IMG/VR virus record: IMGVR_UViG_3300023171_000011
Span: 10,859 to 74,858 of that record
Source of the DNA: a virus
Strand: one strand, 5' to 3'
DNA length: 64,000 bases
Under the pieces are notes generated by a model, which had not been told where the DNA came from, made no database searches, and saw nothing but the letters and a program-made list of their open reading frames with translations. The position numbers and the translations under genes are program-made. Of this stretch, positions 7,293-17,467 are shown in pieces (position 1 is the first letter of the stretch; every line of letters starts with the position of its first letter).

Positions 7293-7640
7293 ATGGACGA
7301 GACATACGCAATAAAAGTTTTAAGAAGCCTGGATACGCTACCAATTGATCAGTGGTATCCTTTTAAAAGCAACAACCATGCAGCCGACAAGCTGATGGAG
7401 GTGATTAAACTCAGAATAGACCTGTCAGGCGATTATCTCATCTCAAACGACTATACACACTTCAAAAGGATTGAACTACCTGAGAAGGTACCAAAATCAG
7501 TCGAAATGACTTATAAAATCGAATGGAAGCCGAACTCATACGAATTAAACGAATTTGAAAGAAACCTTCCTGATTTTGCTCCTAAAAAACTAACCAAAGA
7601 ACAAGACAAAGCCTACCAAGCACGGAGGACAGATAAATAA
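7293..7640 (+). CDS. hypothetical protein
   Basis: ORF in operon. Confidence 0.55.
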   Translation: MDETYAIKVLRSLDTLPIDQWYPFKSNNHAADKLMEVIKLRIDLSGDYLISNDYTHFKRIELPEKVPKSVEMTYKIEWKPNSYELNEFERNLPDFAPKKLTKEQDKAYQARRTDK

Positions 7641-7658
7641 ACTTAAAAACAAAACAAG

Positions 7659-7937
7659 ATGAAGAACACAATTTACCAATTACACGACACAGATAGTGTA
7701 TTGGAACCAAACCCACACAAGATTGAATTTTATTGTTGCCAGACAAATGAAATAGAACCATTGAGAGATGTTATGGAACTAGGGATAGTAATAACAGGAA
7801 AGGATTCGACAGGAGAGCATCTTCAAATTGATTTTAGTGCCGACGAAGAGGAATTAGAAGAGTTGATGGAGTATCTTCGAAATTTACAACGTTACATTTC
7901 AAAATTTAATAAAGAAAGCAAACCTAAAGAACAATAA
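7659..7937 (+). CDS. hypothetical protein
   Basis: ORF in operon. Confidence 0.55.
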   Translation: MKNTIYQLHDTDSVLEPNPHKIEFYCCQTNEIEPLRDVMELGIVITGKDSTGEHLQIDFSADEEELEELMEYLRNLQRYISKFNKESKPKEQ

Positions 7938-7938
7938 C

Positions 7939-8274
7939 ATGAGAGATCAAAAATTTACAAAAGGACCATGGGAAATTAAACACTCTGAATCCAAAAATGC
8001 ATTTAACATCGTAGGCACAATTCCGGGCGGTAAATACAAAATAGCCCGACTGCCATATGAATCAGAGGAAAGATACAGCAAAATGATTAACGACATCTTC
8101 AAGAATGAATCGGAAGCCAATGCCAATCTTATATCTGCATCCCCTGAGCTTTTAGAAGCTCTACAAGGCATGATATTGGTCTGGGATAACCTAAGCGCCA
8201 CATTCCCATTATTAATCGATGAGAAGGCTTATATTCAAGCAAAAGAAGTTGTATCTAAAGCATTAGGAGAATAG
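7939..8274 (+). CDS. conserved phage protein (TKGPW...ANANLISASPELLEAL family)
   Basis: Recurrent phage motif; function unknown. Confidence 0.65.
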   Translation: MRDQKFTKGPWEIKHSESKNAFNIVGTIPGGKYKIARLPYESEERYSKMINDIFKNESEANANLISASPELLEALQGMILVWDNLSATFPLLIDEKAYIQAKEVVSKALGE

Positions 8275-8277
8275 GAC

Positions 8278-8715
8278 ATGGAACAAAGACAATTAATGTT
8301 CAGGGGCAAAAGCCTAGATACAGGAGAATGGGTTTATGGATATGGAATTGTACAATGTACAGAATATAGCGAAGCTAGGATATTCAATCAGACAGGAGGT
8401 AATATGATGCACTCTTGGGCTGTTGATATAAACACAATTGGACAATGGACGGGACTAGATGATAAAAATGGAACCAAAATATTTGAAGGTGATGTGGTTA
8501 AGTGGTCCACGACAAGATACCAAAGCTGCTATGAAGGTCACGATCCTGATAAAAAGAATGAACTGATAACAATTGAATGGAAGTCTCCGGTAGAGTGGGA
8601 TATGTGTTCTTTCTGTATTACAGAGTCATTTGATCTGTCTCAGAAAAACAACTCTTGTTTAACTGGTTCAGAAGACGGGTTATTAGTAATTGGCGATATT
8701 CACGAAGATAAATAG
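8278..8715 (+). CDS. YopX family protein
   Basis: FRGK..GEWVYG, GQWTGLDDKNGTKIFEGDVV, VIGDIHE. Confidence 0.85.
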   Translation: MEQRQLMFRGKSLDTGEWVYGYGIVQCTEYSEARIFNQTGGNMMHSWAVDINTIGQWTGLDDKNGTKIFEGDVVKWSTTRYQSCYEGHDPDKKNELITIEWKSPVEWDMCSFCITESFDLSQKNNSCLTGSEDGLLVIGDIHEDK

Positions 8716-8718
8716 GAG

Positions 8719-8889
8719 ATGACCTCTTTTGAAAAACATCTAGGTAGACCAATGAAACCAAACGAAGGAATACTTGAGAGAGAATACTATGTCTCCCTGG
8801 TTCTTAGTCCGGAGAAATTAAAAGCCAGATGGAAGTCCATGGGCCACCAACCAAAGCCCAAGCAGCTTGTTCTTTTTGAATCGGAATAA
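8719..8889 (+). CDS. small hypothetical protein (56 aa)
   Basis: MTSFEKHLGR... fills intergenic gap; below ORF-track cutoff. Confidence 0.45.
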   Translation: MTSFEKHLGRPMKPNEGILEREYYVSLVLSPEKLKARWKSMGHQPKPKQLVLFESE

Positions 8890-8930
8890 TATTTGTTAGA
8901 TTTGAATAGTTTAAACTAAAATTAAAAGTC

Positions 8931-9332
8931 ATGACAGCAACAAAAAAAGAAACAACTCCCCTAAAGGATGAAGCGGTATTGGATGCAAAAGCAGAAGCCT
9001 CTACTCAAGAAACTGAAAATCCAGAAGTAACTCCTTCAACACCGGAAGATTACAAGAATGAAGTCGATGTTGCGGTAGAGTCTGCAAAAGGCCAAGACAG
9101 CCACATTGAAGCGAAAGACTTTGACGACAGCAAAGAGTCTAAGAAAATCATCAAAGACGATAAAGCTTTCCGTGAAGACTTAGAATCTGGTGATGCGAAT
9201 ACTTCGGGTTTGTCAGCTACACAATTGAGTGAGGTAAACAAACCATTGGTTCCGGCACAAATTGGAGGTAAACCAGTATATGAGACTCAATCTCAATACC
9301 TATCTGCAATGGCAGCTCAAGGCAAGTTGTAA
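8931..9332 (+). CDS. acidic, probably disordered hypothetical protein
   Basis: Own -7 box TAGATTTG 8897-8904, A-rich initiation region, followed by terminator. Confidence 0.65.
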   Translation: MTATKKETTPLKDEAVLDAKAEASTQETENPEVTPSTPEDYKNEVDVAVESAKGQDSHIEAKDFDDSKESKKIIKDDKAFREDLESGDANTSGLSATQLSEVNKPLVPAQIGGKPVYETQSQYLSAMAAQGKL

Positions 9333-9347
9333 AAAGTTAACTGCATT

Positions 9348-9388
9348 AAAAAAGCCCTGTATCAATCGACGCAGGGCTTTTCTTGTTT
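9348..9388. terminator. bidirectional intrinsic terminator
   Basis: A6-gccctgt...gcagggc-T4 between convergent genes. Confidence 0.8.
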
Positions 9389-9661
9389 TTAGGCTAGCGG
9401 TGCATTACCGAGAGCAAGTATAGCCGCCTGAGTCTCGGTACAAACCAGCGTGACCTGCAGGGTGGCCTCGTTTATGGGGTAGTTATAAGTCACATCTGTG
9501 ATCCCTGTCGTTCTGTAGGCAGTAGGCCTTGTTTGAACAGCGATAATTCGACTGGTACTGATAACTAATGTTTTTGCTGCTGTTGGAGCAGCAGAGTCCG
9601 CTAGGCCTGTTTCTGCTTTAGCTGGATTTGTGAAGGTTGTAACTTGAATAAGGTTTCCCAT
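9389..9661 (-). CDS. Ala/Thr-rich 90-aa protein, possibly virion decoration
   Basis: Likely start MGNLIQVT at 9661; only - strand gene in left arm. Confidence 0.55.
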   Translation of the reverse strand: MGNLIQVTTFTNPAKAETGLADSAAPTAAKTLVISTSRIIAVQTRPTAYRTTGITDVTYNYPINEATLQVTLVCTETQAAILALGNAPLA

Positions 9662-9729
9662 TTCATAAAATTTTAAAGTATGGATTCTGTTAATTAACGG
9701 GAGTAAAAATAGGGAATAAAAAACCAACA

Positions 9730-9890
9730 TTTGCAAATCTACTTTTTTCACCATAGCTTTGATACAGCTTATACCCTTAGATGCAACATCAAAAAACAAG
9801 TAGAAACGTCATTTAAAATAATCTGAGGGGAGAAGTTTCTCTGGCTTTTGCTAGGGTATAAGCCACTTCAAACCTCAGTACTTTTTGGAT
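9730..9890 (+). promoter_or_regulatory. promoter plus structured leader of packaging/head operon
   Basis: TTTG 9730-33, 20 nt, TAGCTTTG 9754-61; gcttataccct (9767-77) complementary to agggtataagc (9853-63) in hairpin 9823-9878. Confidence 0.55.
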
Positions 9891-10031
9891 ATGAACGCAA
9901 AAAACGCAAGGAAGTTAAGGAAACACGCAGCCGAAGTAGCTGGGCCAAAAGATAGGGACCGGTGCTTAAAGGATTTAAAAATGTTGTGCAATAAGGGCCT
10001 GATTAAATTTAGCAATGGAAGCAATAAATAG
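9891..10031 (+). CDS. small basic hypothetical protein (46 aa)
   Basis: MNAKNARKLRKH...; first ATG after leader; overlaps next gene. Confidence 0.45.
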   Translation: MNAKNARKLRKHAAEVAGPKDRDRCLKDLKMLCNKGLIKFSNGSNK

Positions 10032-10623
10032 TAACATAGGCGTTGTCTTCGATGAAGAAGATAAAAGGTTCTTTGATCTTGGTAACGGGGTCACATTAGA
10101 GAGAGCCGAAGCTTGGCGCTTCAATGAGGGATCGGAAGAAAAAAACACAAGGGTAGAAACAAACGTGAATCATTTGGAGGTAAACCCTCAATTCGCACGA
10201 GTAGTCGTAGCCAATCCCAATTTACCTTACGAGGTTGGGGATATTTTATTTCTTCACTACCTGGCTTATGAAACATTTGAAGAGTTATTCGAATTGCAGG
10301 GAGAGGATAAGGTTTGCTTTATTGAAGAGTCGTACGTGCTATTTAAAATTAAGGATGGTCAATTTATTTTACCCAAAGGAGTTTACCTGGCAGAAGAAGT
10401 CTTAGAGGATGCTCCTAAAACAGCAAGCGGCATCTTTCTAACGCCTTTCACCCATACGAAGGATGATTTGGTCATCAGAATAAAACACTGCCCTGTAGAG
10501 GCCCCTATCTACGCTGAGGGAGACTTGGTAATAAGCCTTGATGTTCACAATTACCCTATAGAGGTTTATGATCAAAAATACTTTGTGATTAAAGAAGATG
10601 AGATTGTAGGAAAAAGAAAGTAA
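10015..10623 (+). CDS. groES: GroES-like co-chaperonin (probable tandem domain)
   Basis: KTASGIFL mobile loop, EGDLVI, YFVIKEDEIVG; similar EVGDILF in N-terminal half. Confidence 0.7.
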   Translation: MEAINSNIGVVFDEEDKRFFDLGNGVTLERAEAWRFNEGSEEKNTRVETNVNHLEVNPQFARVVVANPNLPYEVGDILFLHYLAYETFEELFELQGEDKVCFIEESYVLFKIKDGQFILPKGVYLAEEVLEDAPKTASGIFLTPFTHTKDDLVIRIKHCPVEAPIYAEGDLVISLDVHNYPIEVYDQKYFVIKEDEIVGKRK

Positions 10624-10624
10624 T

Positions 10625-11422
10625 ATGTTACCTAAGCGACAATTCTATGTTCCGGTTCCGGTTGTCAAAGAAGAACCGATTGTAAGGGCTAAACGGATAA
10701 CAGTGAAAGCTCCCGTTATCGTAAAAACTATTGCTTTAGAAAAAGCAGAAGAGATTAAAGAAACATCCCAAGAGTTAAGAAAGACGATCACCAAATTAAA
10801 AGTTGAACTTAAAAAAGCAAACCTAAAATTAGAAAAGCTCAAAGAGAAACCTTCTTACGTACAAGAAAACAGAACTAGGTTAGCTAACTTCAAAAAAAGG
10901 TTAGAAGCTCAGTTAAGAGCAGAGTGGTACATAAGGATAAAGTGGGCAATGTTTGACGATAGGAATTTTGGAAAAGCAAGTCTCATGGCAGCTTTTATGG
11001 TCACTTACACAAGGATGAAAAAAATGGACTTGATTGACTATGCGGTATTTCATATTTGTGATAGGTTTACTTATATGAATTATACTGATCTTCGGGTTTA
11101 CGGAATCTTAAAACTACAGGCAGAGAAATCCCTTAGAAACTTAGTTAAGAAAGGTTGGGTAACAAAAATAATGACAACCAATAAGGGCAAACAAAACAAA
11201 GCCGCTTTCTATGTTAGTGAGGAAGGAAAGAGTCAATACTTATTATTTCTTCGTGCTTACAAAAAACACCTTAAGGATAAGCACGAAGACATAGAGCCCG
11301 AAGTAATTAAAACTGGACTAGATGTCATTATTGGACAAAGAGCTGCAATAACAAGAGTTAAACGACAAATCATAAGACCTTATGTTAATTATAGACCAAA
11401 AAAAGAGAAGTGGGAACAGTGA
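10625..11422 (+). CDS. basic coiled-coil protein with possible C-terminal winged helix
   Basis: SLRNLVKKGWV...FYVSEEG pattern. Confidence 0.4.
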   Translation: MLPKRQFYVPVPVVKEEPIVRAKRITVKAPVIVKTIALEKAEEIKETSQELRKTITKLKVELKKANLKLEKLKEKPSYVQENRTRLANFKKRLEAQLRAEWYIRIKWAMFDDRNFGKASLMAAFMVTYTRMKKMDLIDYAVFHICDRFTYMNYTDLRVYGILKLQAEKSLRNLVKKGWVTKIMTTNKGKQNKAAFYVSEEGKSQYLLFLRAYKKHLKDKHEDIEPEVIKTGLDVIIGQRAAITRVKRQIIRPYVNYRPKKEKWEQ

Positions 11423-11807
11423 GGTAGATGAATACATCACAGAGTTAGAAAATTCATGGCTGACCTTTGAGGCAAGTAATATCAAAAAGTTGATTATATC
11501 TTGCGATCATGTAGCCGGCATATTGGCTGATGACATATTGTTGCTTCCAAAACTTGGCGACGATGAAGATGAAACAAAGTTACAGATGCTTGGTAGCAGA
11601 AAGAATAAACATTTCATAGCATTCAAGAATGTAATTGCCGATATAAAGCATTTTAAGACGATATCAGACCTCTTGGAAGAGATGAAGCCTAAATTGCATG
11701 TACCAGAGGCCAAAGTCCCTGAGAAAGCCTTAAAACAAGAAATAATTGAAGAGAAAACTACAATTAGAAAAAATATATCTGATATTGCATTAGGTAAAAA
11801 ACAATGA
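11382..11807 (+). CDS. putative terminase small subunit
   Basis: Position and size only, immediately upstream of TerL. Confidence 0.35.
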   Translation: MLIIDQKKRSGNSEVDEYITELENSWLTFEASNIKKLIISCDHVAGILADDILLLPKLGDDEDETKLQMLGSRKNKHFIAFKNVIADIKHFKTISDLLEEMKPKLHVPEAKVPEKALKQEIIEEKTTIRKNISDIALGKKQ

Positions 11808-13795
11808 GAGAAAGGGATGCACTTCATTTAGCGATTAAGAACTTTGAACGGGAGCGTATCATTGGCGAAATCATGGTGTATTTACCTAAGCCGCCAAACT
11901 TCACTAAAATAGCAAATTTCAATTTACGTATTGCTGACCAGAAGTTCCAGTATACTAAACAGCCCGACAAAGGAAAAGAACCAAGTGATGAGTTCTTGGC
12001 CCAAGAGTTTGATCGCTTCGAAAATGGTTATTGGTTTTTCAACAATGGAAATGTAGAATGGATTTCTCCCAATCATTATTTCTTTCTGAACTACTGGAAG
12101 GATAAAGGGAAAAACATGAAGTTCATTGACTCACAAAGAGAAGCATTCCTTTGGTGGTGGCAAATAGAGCGGATGGAGTACATGGCCGGTGGTAATTTAA
12201 TATCGAACCGGAGGTTTGGAAAAACTGTTTTTGGTACTTGTGTACTTTATTGGAGAAGTTCAACCAATGCTAATTTCAGGGGTGGTATCCAATCTAAGAC
12301 TAATCCAGATAGTAAACTGGTATTCAATAAACTGATTAAGTCCTGGCAGAAACTACCAGATTGGTTGAAGCCGGTGGATAGTGGAGAGACAAGGCCGGCA
12401 ACAGTACTCGACTTTACCGAACCACGTAGCTCAACTAAAAAGGGTAAAAAAGTTTACGAAGAGGTTCTTGACAGTTCGATAGATTTTCGATCATCTTCTG
12501 CAGATGCTTATGATGGTGATGAGCTTCATACGTACTACGAGGATGAGTTTGGTAAGTCGGTCGAGGTAAATACTGACGAAAGATGGGGTGTGGTCCAGTT
12601 CTGTTTATTGATAGGATCTGATTTAGTTGGTAAGGCGCTACGGACCACTACCGTCGAGGAAATGGAGAAGAAGGGTGGTAAACATGCTAAGAAGACTTGG
12701 GACGACAGCGCCATTAAAACGCTAAATCCTGAGACGGGTATGACCACTTCAATGCTAACTAATTTATTCATTCCTGCGGACTTTGGTTTTAAAGGTAGGC
12801 ACCCTGTAACTAAACAACCTTTTGTTGACGAATATGGTATTTCTAATAGAAAGCTCGCCACAGAATACATTGAGTCTTTATGGACCAATCTTGAGGGTAC
12901 AAAACTAGCAGCAGCACAGCGTAAAAACCCGTTAAAAATTAAACACGCATTTCAGCTTCAAAATTTTGACTCTGTATTTGATAATGAGCTTTTGGAAGAG
13001 CAGAAAGAATATCTGGAAAACGAGGCGCCAAAAACATTAAGACGTAGAGTAACTTTCGCTAAAGATGACGATGGACTTGTAAAATGGAGAGATGACCCAA
13101 GAGGTTATCATGAAATGGTTTGGGACTTTGAAAAACCTTCCGAATCAAACCGGAGGGTAGTGAATAGAGAAACCCAACTCTATATGCCAAATAACGTAGG
13201 TGGCTTTGCTGCTGGTGTCGATCCATTTGCCGCCACTATAACAACAGGACCTGGTTCAATGGGTGTTTGTTACATCTACAAAAAAGGAGACCCCTTAGAC
13301 CCTGAAAATAGCGGATTTTGCGTATTGAGGTATGCACAAAGAACAAGGTACAAAGCTGACTTCCATAAGAACGTGATGCTTCTTTGCCAGTATTACGGAT
13401 GTAAAGCCAATTACGAGAGTGATGTAGATGATTACTACGAGAAGTTCATTGAGAGTGGATTTAAGCATTACATCATGTGGAGGCCTAAATCTACGGTAGA
13501 TCCTCAGAGAAGAAACGTCAAGACAAAATACGGCACTCCTTCTAAAGATCCTTTCGCTTTACAAAAACACACTGAGGTAATTGATGAGTATATCAAACTT
13601 CACCACCATAAGATTTACTTCCCTGAGCTCATTGATCAGCTTATTGACTACGATGTAAATGACCGGACTAAGTTCGATGATGTGATCGCTTTTGGTATGT
13701 CTTTAATCGGAGGAATGGATGGTGCAGGTAAATCAAACGAACCAGTAAAAGTGAAGAAATTCTTAGAGTTAAGGAGGACTAAAAGATATGCGTAA
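11804..13795 (+). CDS. terL: terminase large subunit
   Basis: NRRFGKT Walker A, YYEDEFGK Walker B, nuclease GVDPF and DDVIAF; HYFFLNYW N-terminal motif. Confidence 0.9.
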   Translation: MRERDALHLAIKNFERERIIGEIMVYLPKPPNFTKIANFNLRIADQKFQYTKQPDKGKEPSDEFLAQEFDRFENGYWFFNNGNVEWISPNHYFFLNYWKDKGKNMKFIDSQREAFLWWWQIERMEYMAGGNLISNRRFGKTVFGTCVLYWRSSTNANFRGGIQSKTNPDSKLVFNKLIKSWQKLPDWLKPVDSGETRPATVLDFTEPRSSTKKGKKVYEEVLDSSIDFRSSSADAYDGDELHTYYEDEFGKSVEVNTDERWGVVQFCLLIGSDLVGKALRTTTVEEMEKKGGKHAKKTWDDSAIKTLNPETGMTTSMLTNLFIPADFGFKGRHPVTKQPFVDEYGISNRKLATEYIESLWTNLEGTKLAAAQRKNPLKIKHAFQLQNFDSVFDNELLEEQKEYLENEAPKTLRRRVTFAKDDDGLVKWRDDPRGYHEMVWDFEKPSESNRRVVNRETQLYMPNNVGGFAAGVDPFAATITTGPGSMGVCYIYKKGDPLDPENSGFCVLRYAQRTRYKADFHKNVMLLCQYYGCKANYESDVDDYYEKFIESGFKHYIMWRPKSTVDPQRRNVKTKYGTPSKDPFALQKHTEVIDEYIKLHHHKIYFPELIDQLIDYDVNDRTKFDDVIAFGMSLIGGMDGAGKSNEPVKVKKFLELRRTKRYA

Positions 13796-13830
13796 AAAAT
13801 ATCTATATATTTGTTTAAAATTCTTATAAC

Positions 13831-16302
13831 ATGACTAACGACAGTACGTATCCAAACCCACTAGCTTTAGATAGCGAAAAGAACTCTCCTGAATACGGAT
13901 TAAGGGTTATGAAAGCAGCTTACGACCATTGGAACGGGGGGAACGGGAAGGAATCTGCCAGTCAACGTAAACGTAGATTTGACTACAATAGAACGTATGC
14001 TTCTGGTCAACAGGATATGCAGGAGTTTAAAGATATTTTGGATTTGGACGGTGATATGTCAGTTGTTAACCTTGACTATTCTCCAATTCCTATTGCTCCG
14101 GCATTTCTCGAAAGAATGGACGACAGGTTCATGCAAAGGATTGAAAAAATACAGTGCAATACTATAGATCCGCTAAGTCAAACTAAAAGAGAGAAAGCCA
14201 AAGCTGATCAGAAATTCAAGCTTAAGGAAAAAGAAAGAATCATGGCGCTGCAGAATGAGTCAGGTGTCCAAGTAGAAGAGTTCAAAGAAGATGACCCTGC
14301 GGATGAAACGGAATTAGACCTTCGGTTTGGATTCACTTATAAGCAGCGTGAAGAGGTTATTATGGAACAGGGTATTGATCTTATCTTCTATGATAATAAT
14401 TGGCCCATGGTCATTAAAAAGCGTATATTCAAAGATTTAAAGGAATGTGGTGTAGCTCAAGTTAAGCCTTTCATTGATCAGAACGGAAGAATTAAAATCA
14501 GGTTCTCTAAACCAGAAAATATCATTGCTTCTTATACGGATTGGGATGACTTTAGGGATTGTCAAATACAAGGCGAAATCTATGATATGAGCATCATGGC
14601 GATCCGGATGCTTTATCCTAAAAAGATCACTGAGGAAAAGCTTTTCGAGCTTGCTAAGTCTAAACGGGGAATCAACGGGAACCCCAATTCAGAGTTTGGT
14701 GATTGGAACCCCAATTTTAATACAGCGATTGCAAGGCCTTATGATAACTTTAAAGTTCCTTGTGTAGAGTTAGACCTCAAAACAATTGCGAACCTCACCT
14801 ACGAGAGCAAAGAGGACTCTTTTGGTAAAGAGATATTAAAGAAAGTCCAAGTTAAAAAAGAAGGAAAGAAATATATTGACAAACCATACGAAGTAGATTA
14901 CACTGGTGTGTGGATTGTAGATACCGAATACTTGTTAGATTGGGGACTGTCAAAAAACATGATCAAGCCTAAAAATAATTTGACTGAGGTTAAGCTGCCA
15001 TGGGTTACGTATATGTACAACAACGAGAAGATGTCTAATAAGCCTCTTGTTGAAACCATGATACCTTCGATCAAAATGATGCAGTTGATTTCTTTGCAAG
15101 AGCAAAAGATTATTGCAGCAGCAGCACCAGATGGGTTTAAGGTTGATATTTCTTCAATGAGCGATATCAATTTAGGAGACGGTATGGAAGATGTTTCTCC
15201 TTTTGATCTTTACAAGATTTACAAACAGACTGGTGTCCAGTACTATAAAGGCATAGCTGACTCTGACGAACAAGGTATGAGTAGGCAAGAACCCATTCAG
15301 CCAATGAATGTTCCTTTCTCAGGAAAGCTTGAGCAATTGATGTCTAAATGGAACCAGGAGTATGATAAGTTGATGCGCATTATCGGGACTAACAATTTAG
15401 ATTCCGGAAACATCCAGAACCAAGCGGTAGGAAAAGGAGTATTACAAGAAGCCAGACAAACAGGAGAAAGTTCTACCAATTACCTTTACTTAGGGTACTT
15501 AAACATGATGGAGCGTACGGCTAAAATCTGCAAAGAGTTACTTTCTATTATTTTGTTCCATGGTAAGAAATATGGAATTGAATATTACGATGGATATCGC
15601 CATGCTTTAGATTCCGACAAAGTAGAGTACGTAAGAATTGAGGGTGATGAAGAATTAGAGAGAGCCGACTTTGATGTTAAAATTCAAGCAGTTGTTGACG
15701 ACAAAGAGGCTGAGTTCCTGGAAAGAAACATTGAAATTGCTTTAGACAGAGAAACAATAGATTTGGATGATGCAATCAGAGTGAGACAATTGGCCCGTAC
15801 AAATATCAAGTATGCGCTTTACGAGTTATCTTATGCTAAACGTAAAAGAAAACGTGACCGTATGGAAGAAGCTCAGGCTGCGAGTCAATCCAATACTGAG
15901 GCGGCAGTTGCGGCAGCTAACGCTAAAGCTGATGGAGATGCTAAATTGGAAGATCAGAAATTCCAGAATGCCATGGCGCTAATGAAAGAAGAAACTGAGG
16001 CCTTGAAAACAGAAGAGATAATAAAGTTTAACTCTATATTAAAAACAAAAGTTATCGAGGGTATGCTAACTCAAGGAGCAAACATACAGCAAATTCAAAC
16101 TTCTGCGCCATGGGTATTCGCTGGAATAGGCCTAGTTACGCAAACGACAGAAGAAATAATGCAAGAACAATTACAAGATATGCAAGAACAAGGACGGATT
16201 GAACAACAACAAGCACTCCAACAGCAGCAATTACAAGCCCAACAAGAAGAGCAAATGATGCAGCAGGGTAACTTACCCCAAGAACAAGAGATGGTCGCTT
16301 AA
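13831..16302 (+). CDS. portal protein
   Basis: 823 aa, follows TerL, Q-rich tail; promoter TATATTTG 13806-13. Confidence 0.8.
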   Translation: MTNDSTYPNPLALDSEKNSPEYGLRVMKAAYDHWNGGNGKESASQRKRRFDYNRTYASGQQDMQEFKDILDLDGDMSVVNLDYSPIPIAPAFLERMDDRFMQRIEKIQCNTIDPLSQTKREKAKADQKFKLKEKERIMALQNESGVQVEEFKEDDPADETELDLRFGFTYKQREEVIMEQGIDLIFYDNNWPMVIKKRIFKDLKECGVAQVKPFIDQNGRIKIRFSKPENIIASYTDWDDFRDCQIQGEIYDMSIMAIRMLYPKKITEEKLFELAKSKRGINGNPNSEFGDWNPNFNTAIARPYDNFKVPCVELDLKTIANLTYESKEDSFGKEILKKVQVKKEGKKYIDKPYEVDYTGVWIVDTEYLLDWGLSKNMIKPKNNLTEVKLPWVTYMYNNEKMSNKPLVETMIPSIKMMQLISLQEQKIIAAAAPDGFKVDISSMSDINLGDGMEDVSPFDLYKIYKQTGVQYYKGIADSDEQGMSRQEPIQPMNVPFSGKLEQLMSKWNQEYDKLMRIIGTNNLDSGNIQNQAVGKGVLQEARQTGESSTNYLYLGYLNMMERTAKICKELLSIILFHGKKYGIEYYDGYRHALDSDKVEYVRIEGDEELERADFDVKIQAVVDDKEAEFLERNIEIALDRETIDLDDAIRVRQLARTNIKYALYELSYAKRKRKRDRMEEAQAASQSNTEAAVAAANAKADGDAKLEDQKFQNAMALMKEETEALKTEEIIKFNSILKTKVIEGMLTQGANIQQIQTSAPWVFAGIGLVTQTTEEIMQEQLQDMQEQGRIEQQQALQQQQLQAQQEEQMMQQGNLPQEQEMVA

Positions 16303-16373
16303 AACGGCTTATTTTGCATTTAATTAAAAATTGATATACATTTGATTAACAAATAGAAAAAAGAAAAAACAAT

Positions 16374-17438
16374 ATGAGTACAGAAACTGAAACACCCGTT
16401 GCTAATGAGGCTCCTGTCTCAGACAACAATGCTGTAAATCCATGGGATAGTTCACCAGCACCAATAGAGACTCCTTCGCATGAACCGGAAGTAAACGGTG
16501 TGCCGATAAAAGATGTGACCGTAGAACCCGTTAAAACTACTGAGGTTAAAACATTTGAGTCTACTCCTGAGCCTGTAATCCAAGAAAAAGTAATTGAAAA
16601 AATTGTAGAGAAATACCCTGAGTTTAAAGACGAGTATTCTAAACAATTGTTCGATGCTATTCAAAACGGTAAAGAGAACGAGCTGTATGATTACCTGTCT
16701 CGCAAAAACAAAGACTACAATACAATGTCTGATGTTGATGTGGTTAAGGAAAATCTAAAAATCACTAACCCAAGCTGGACAGATAAAGATATTGCCAACG
16801 AAATTAAATTCAAATACGGCAACATTCCAGAAAAAAAAGACTTGAGTCTTATTGATCGAGAAGAAGACCCGGAAGGTTACGAAAAAGCAGAGCGGTTCAA
16901 TGATGACGTTGATCACAAAGAATTACTGTTAAGCAGAGATGCCAGGGATTCACGTATCGCTTTAGAGCAAACTAAAAAAACAATAGAGTTCCCCAAAATA
17001 GAAAATGTAAGCAATCAACCAGAAGGTCCTACGCAAGAACAGCTTGACGAAGAACAAAGGCAATGGGAGTTACAGGTTGATGCCGAGATGCCAAAACTAT
17101 CAGATTTTAAATTCAAAATAGGTGATGAGGAAATCACTTACAGGATTACAAACGAAGATAAGGCTGATCAAACTGCTTACATGAAAAGCTTTACTCCGCA
17201 GAAACTGGCGAGTGAGTTAGGTTGGGTTAATGAAGATGGAAGTTACAATATTTCAAAACTTGCCGAGGATGTGCTTAAGTTAAAAAATATTGATAAAATC
17301 ATTGCTTCATCAGCCACGCAAATGAAAACCTCAGCAACTAAAGAGGTAATTGCTGAGATTAAAAATGTAGACCTTACTCAAAAATCGACTTCACCTGAGT
17401 TAGCGCAAAAATCAATTGGGGAATTGCTTTGGACTTAA
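16374..17438 (+). CDS. capsid scaffolding protein
   Basis: Acidic, helical, between portal and MCP; promoter TACATTTG 16337-44. Confidence 0.65.
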   Translation: MSTETETPVANEAPVSDNNAVNPWDSSPAPIETPSHEPEVNGVPIKDVTVEPVKTTEVKTFESTPEPVIQEKVIEKIVEKYPEFKDEYSKQLFDAIQNGKENELYDYLSRKNKDYNTMSDVDVVKENLKITNPSWTDKDIANEIKFKYGNIPEKKDLSLIDREEDPEGYEKAERFNDDVDHKELLLSRDARDSRIALEQTKKTIEFPKIENVSNQPEGPTQEQLDEEQRQWELQVDAEMPKLSDFKFKIGDEEITYRITNEDKADQTAYMKSFTPQKLASELGWVNEDGSYNISKLAEDVLKLKNIDKIIASSATQMKTSATKEVIAEIKNVDLTQKSTSPELAQKSIGELLWT

Positions 17439-17467
17439 TCCTTAACCCAAATTAAAAACTTAAAATT

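Noticed and set aside
9662-9799. N-terminal extension of ORF 9389..9799
   Set aside because: Overlaps the divergent promoter and leader; ATG 9661 has a better A-rich initiation context
4303-11100. 15-nt repeat TGATCTTCGGGTTTA at 4303-17 and 11086-100
   Set aside because: Both copies are inside coding regions (DLRVY) with no flanking similarity; treated as chance
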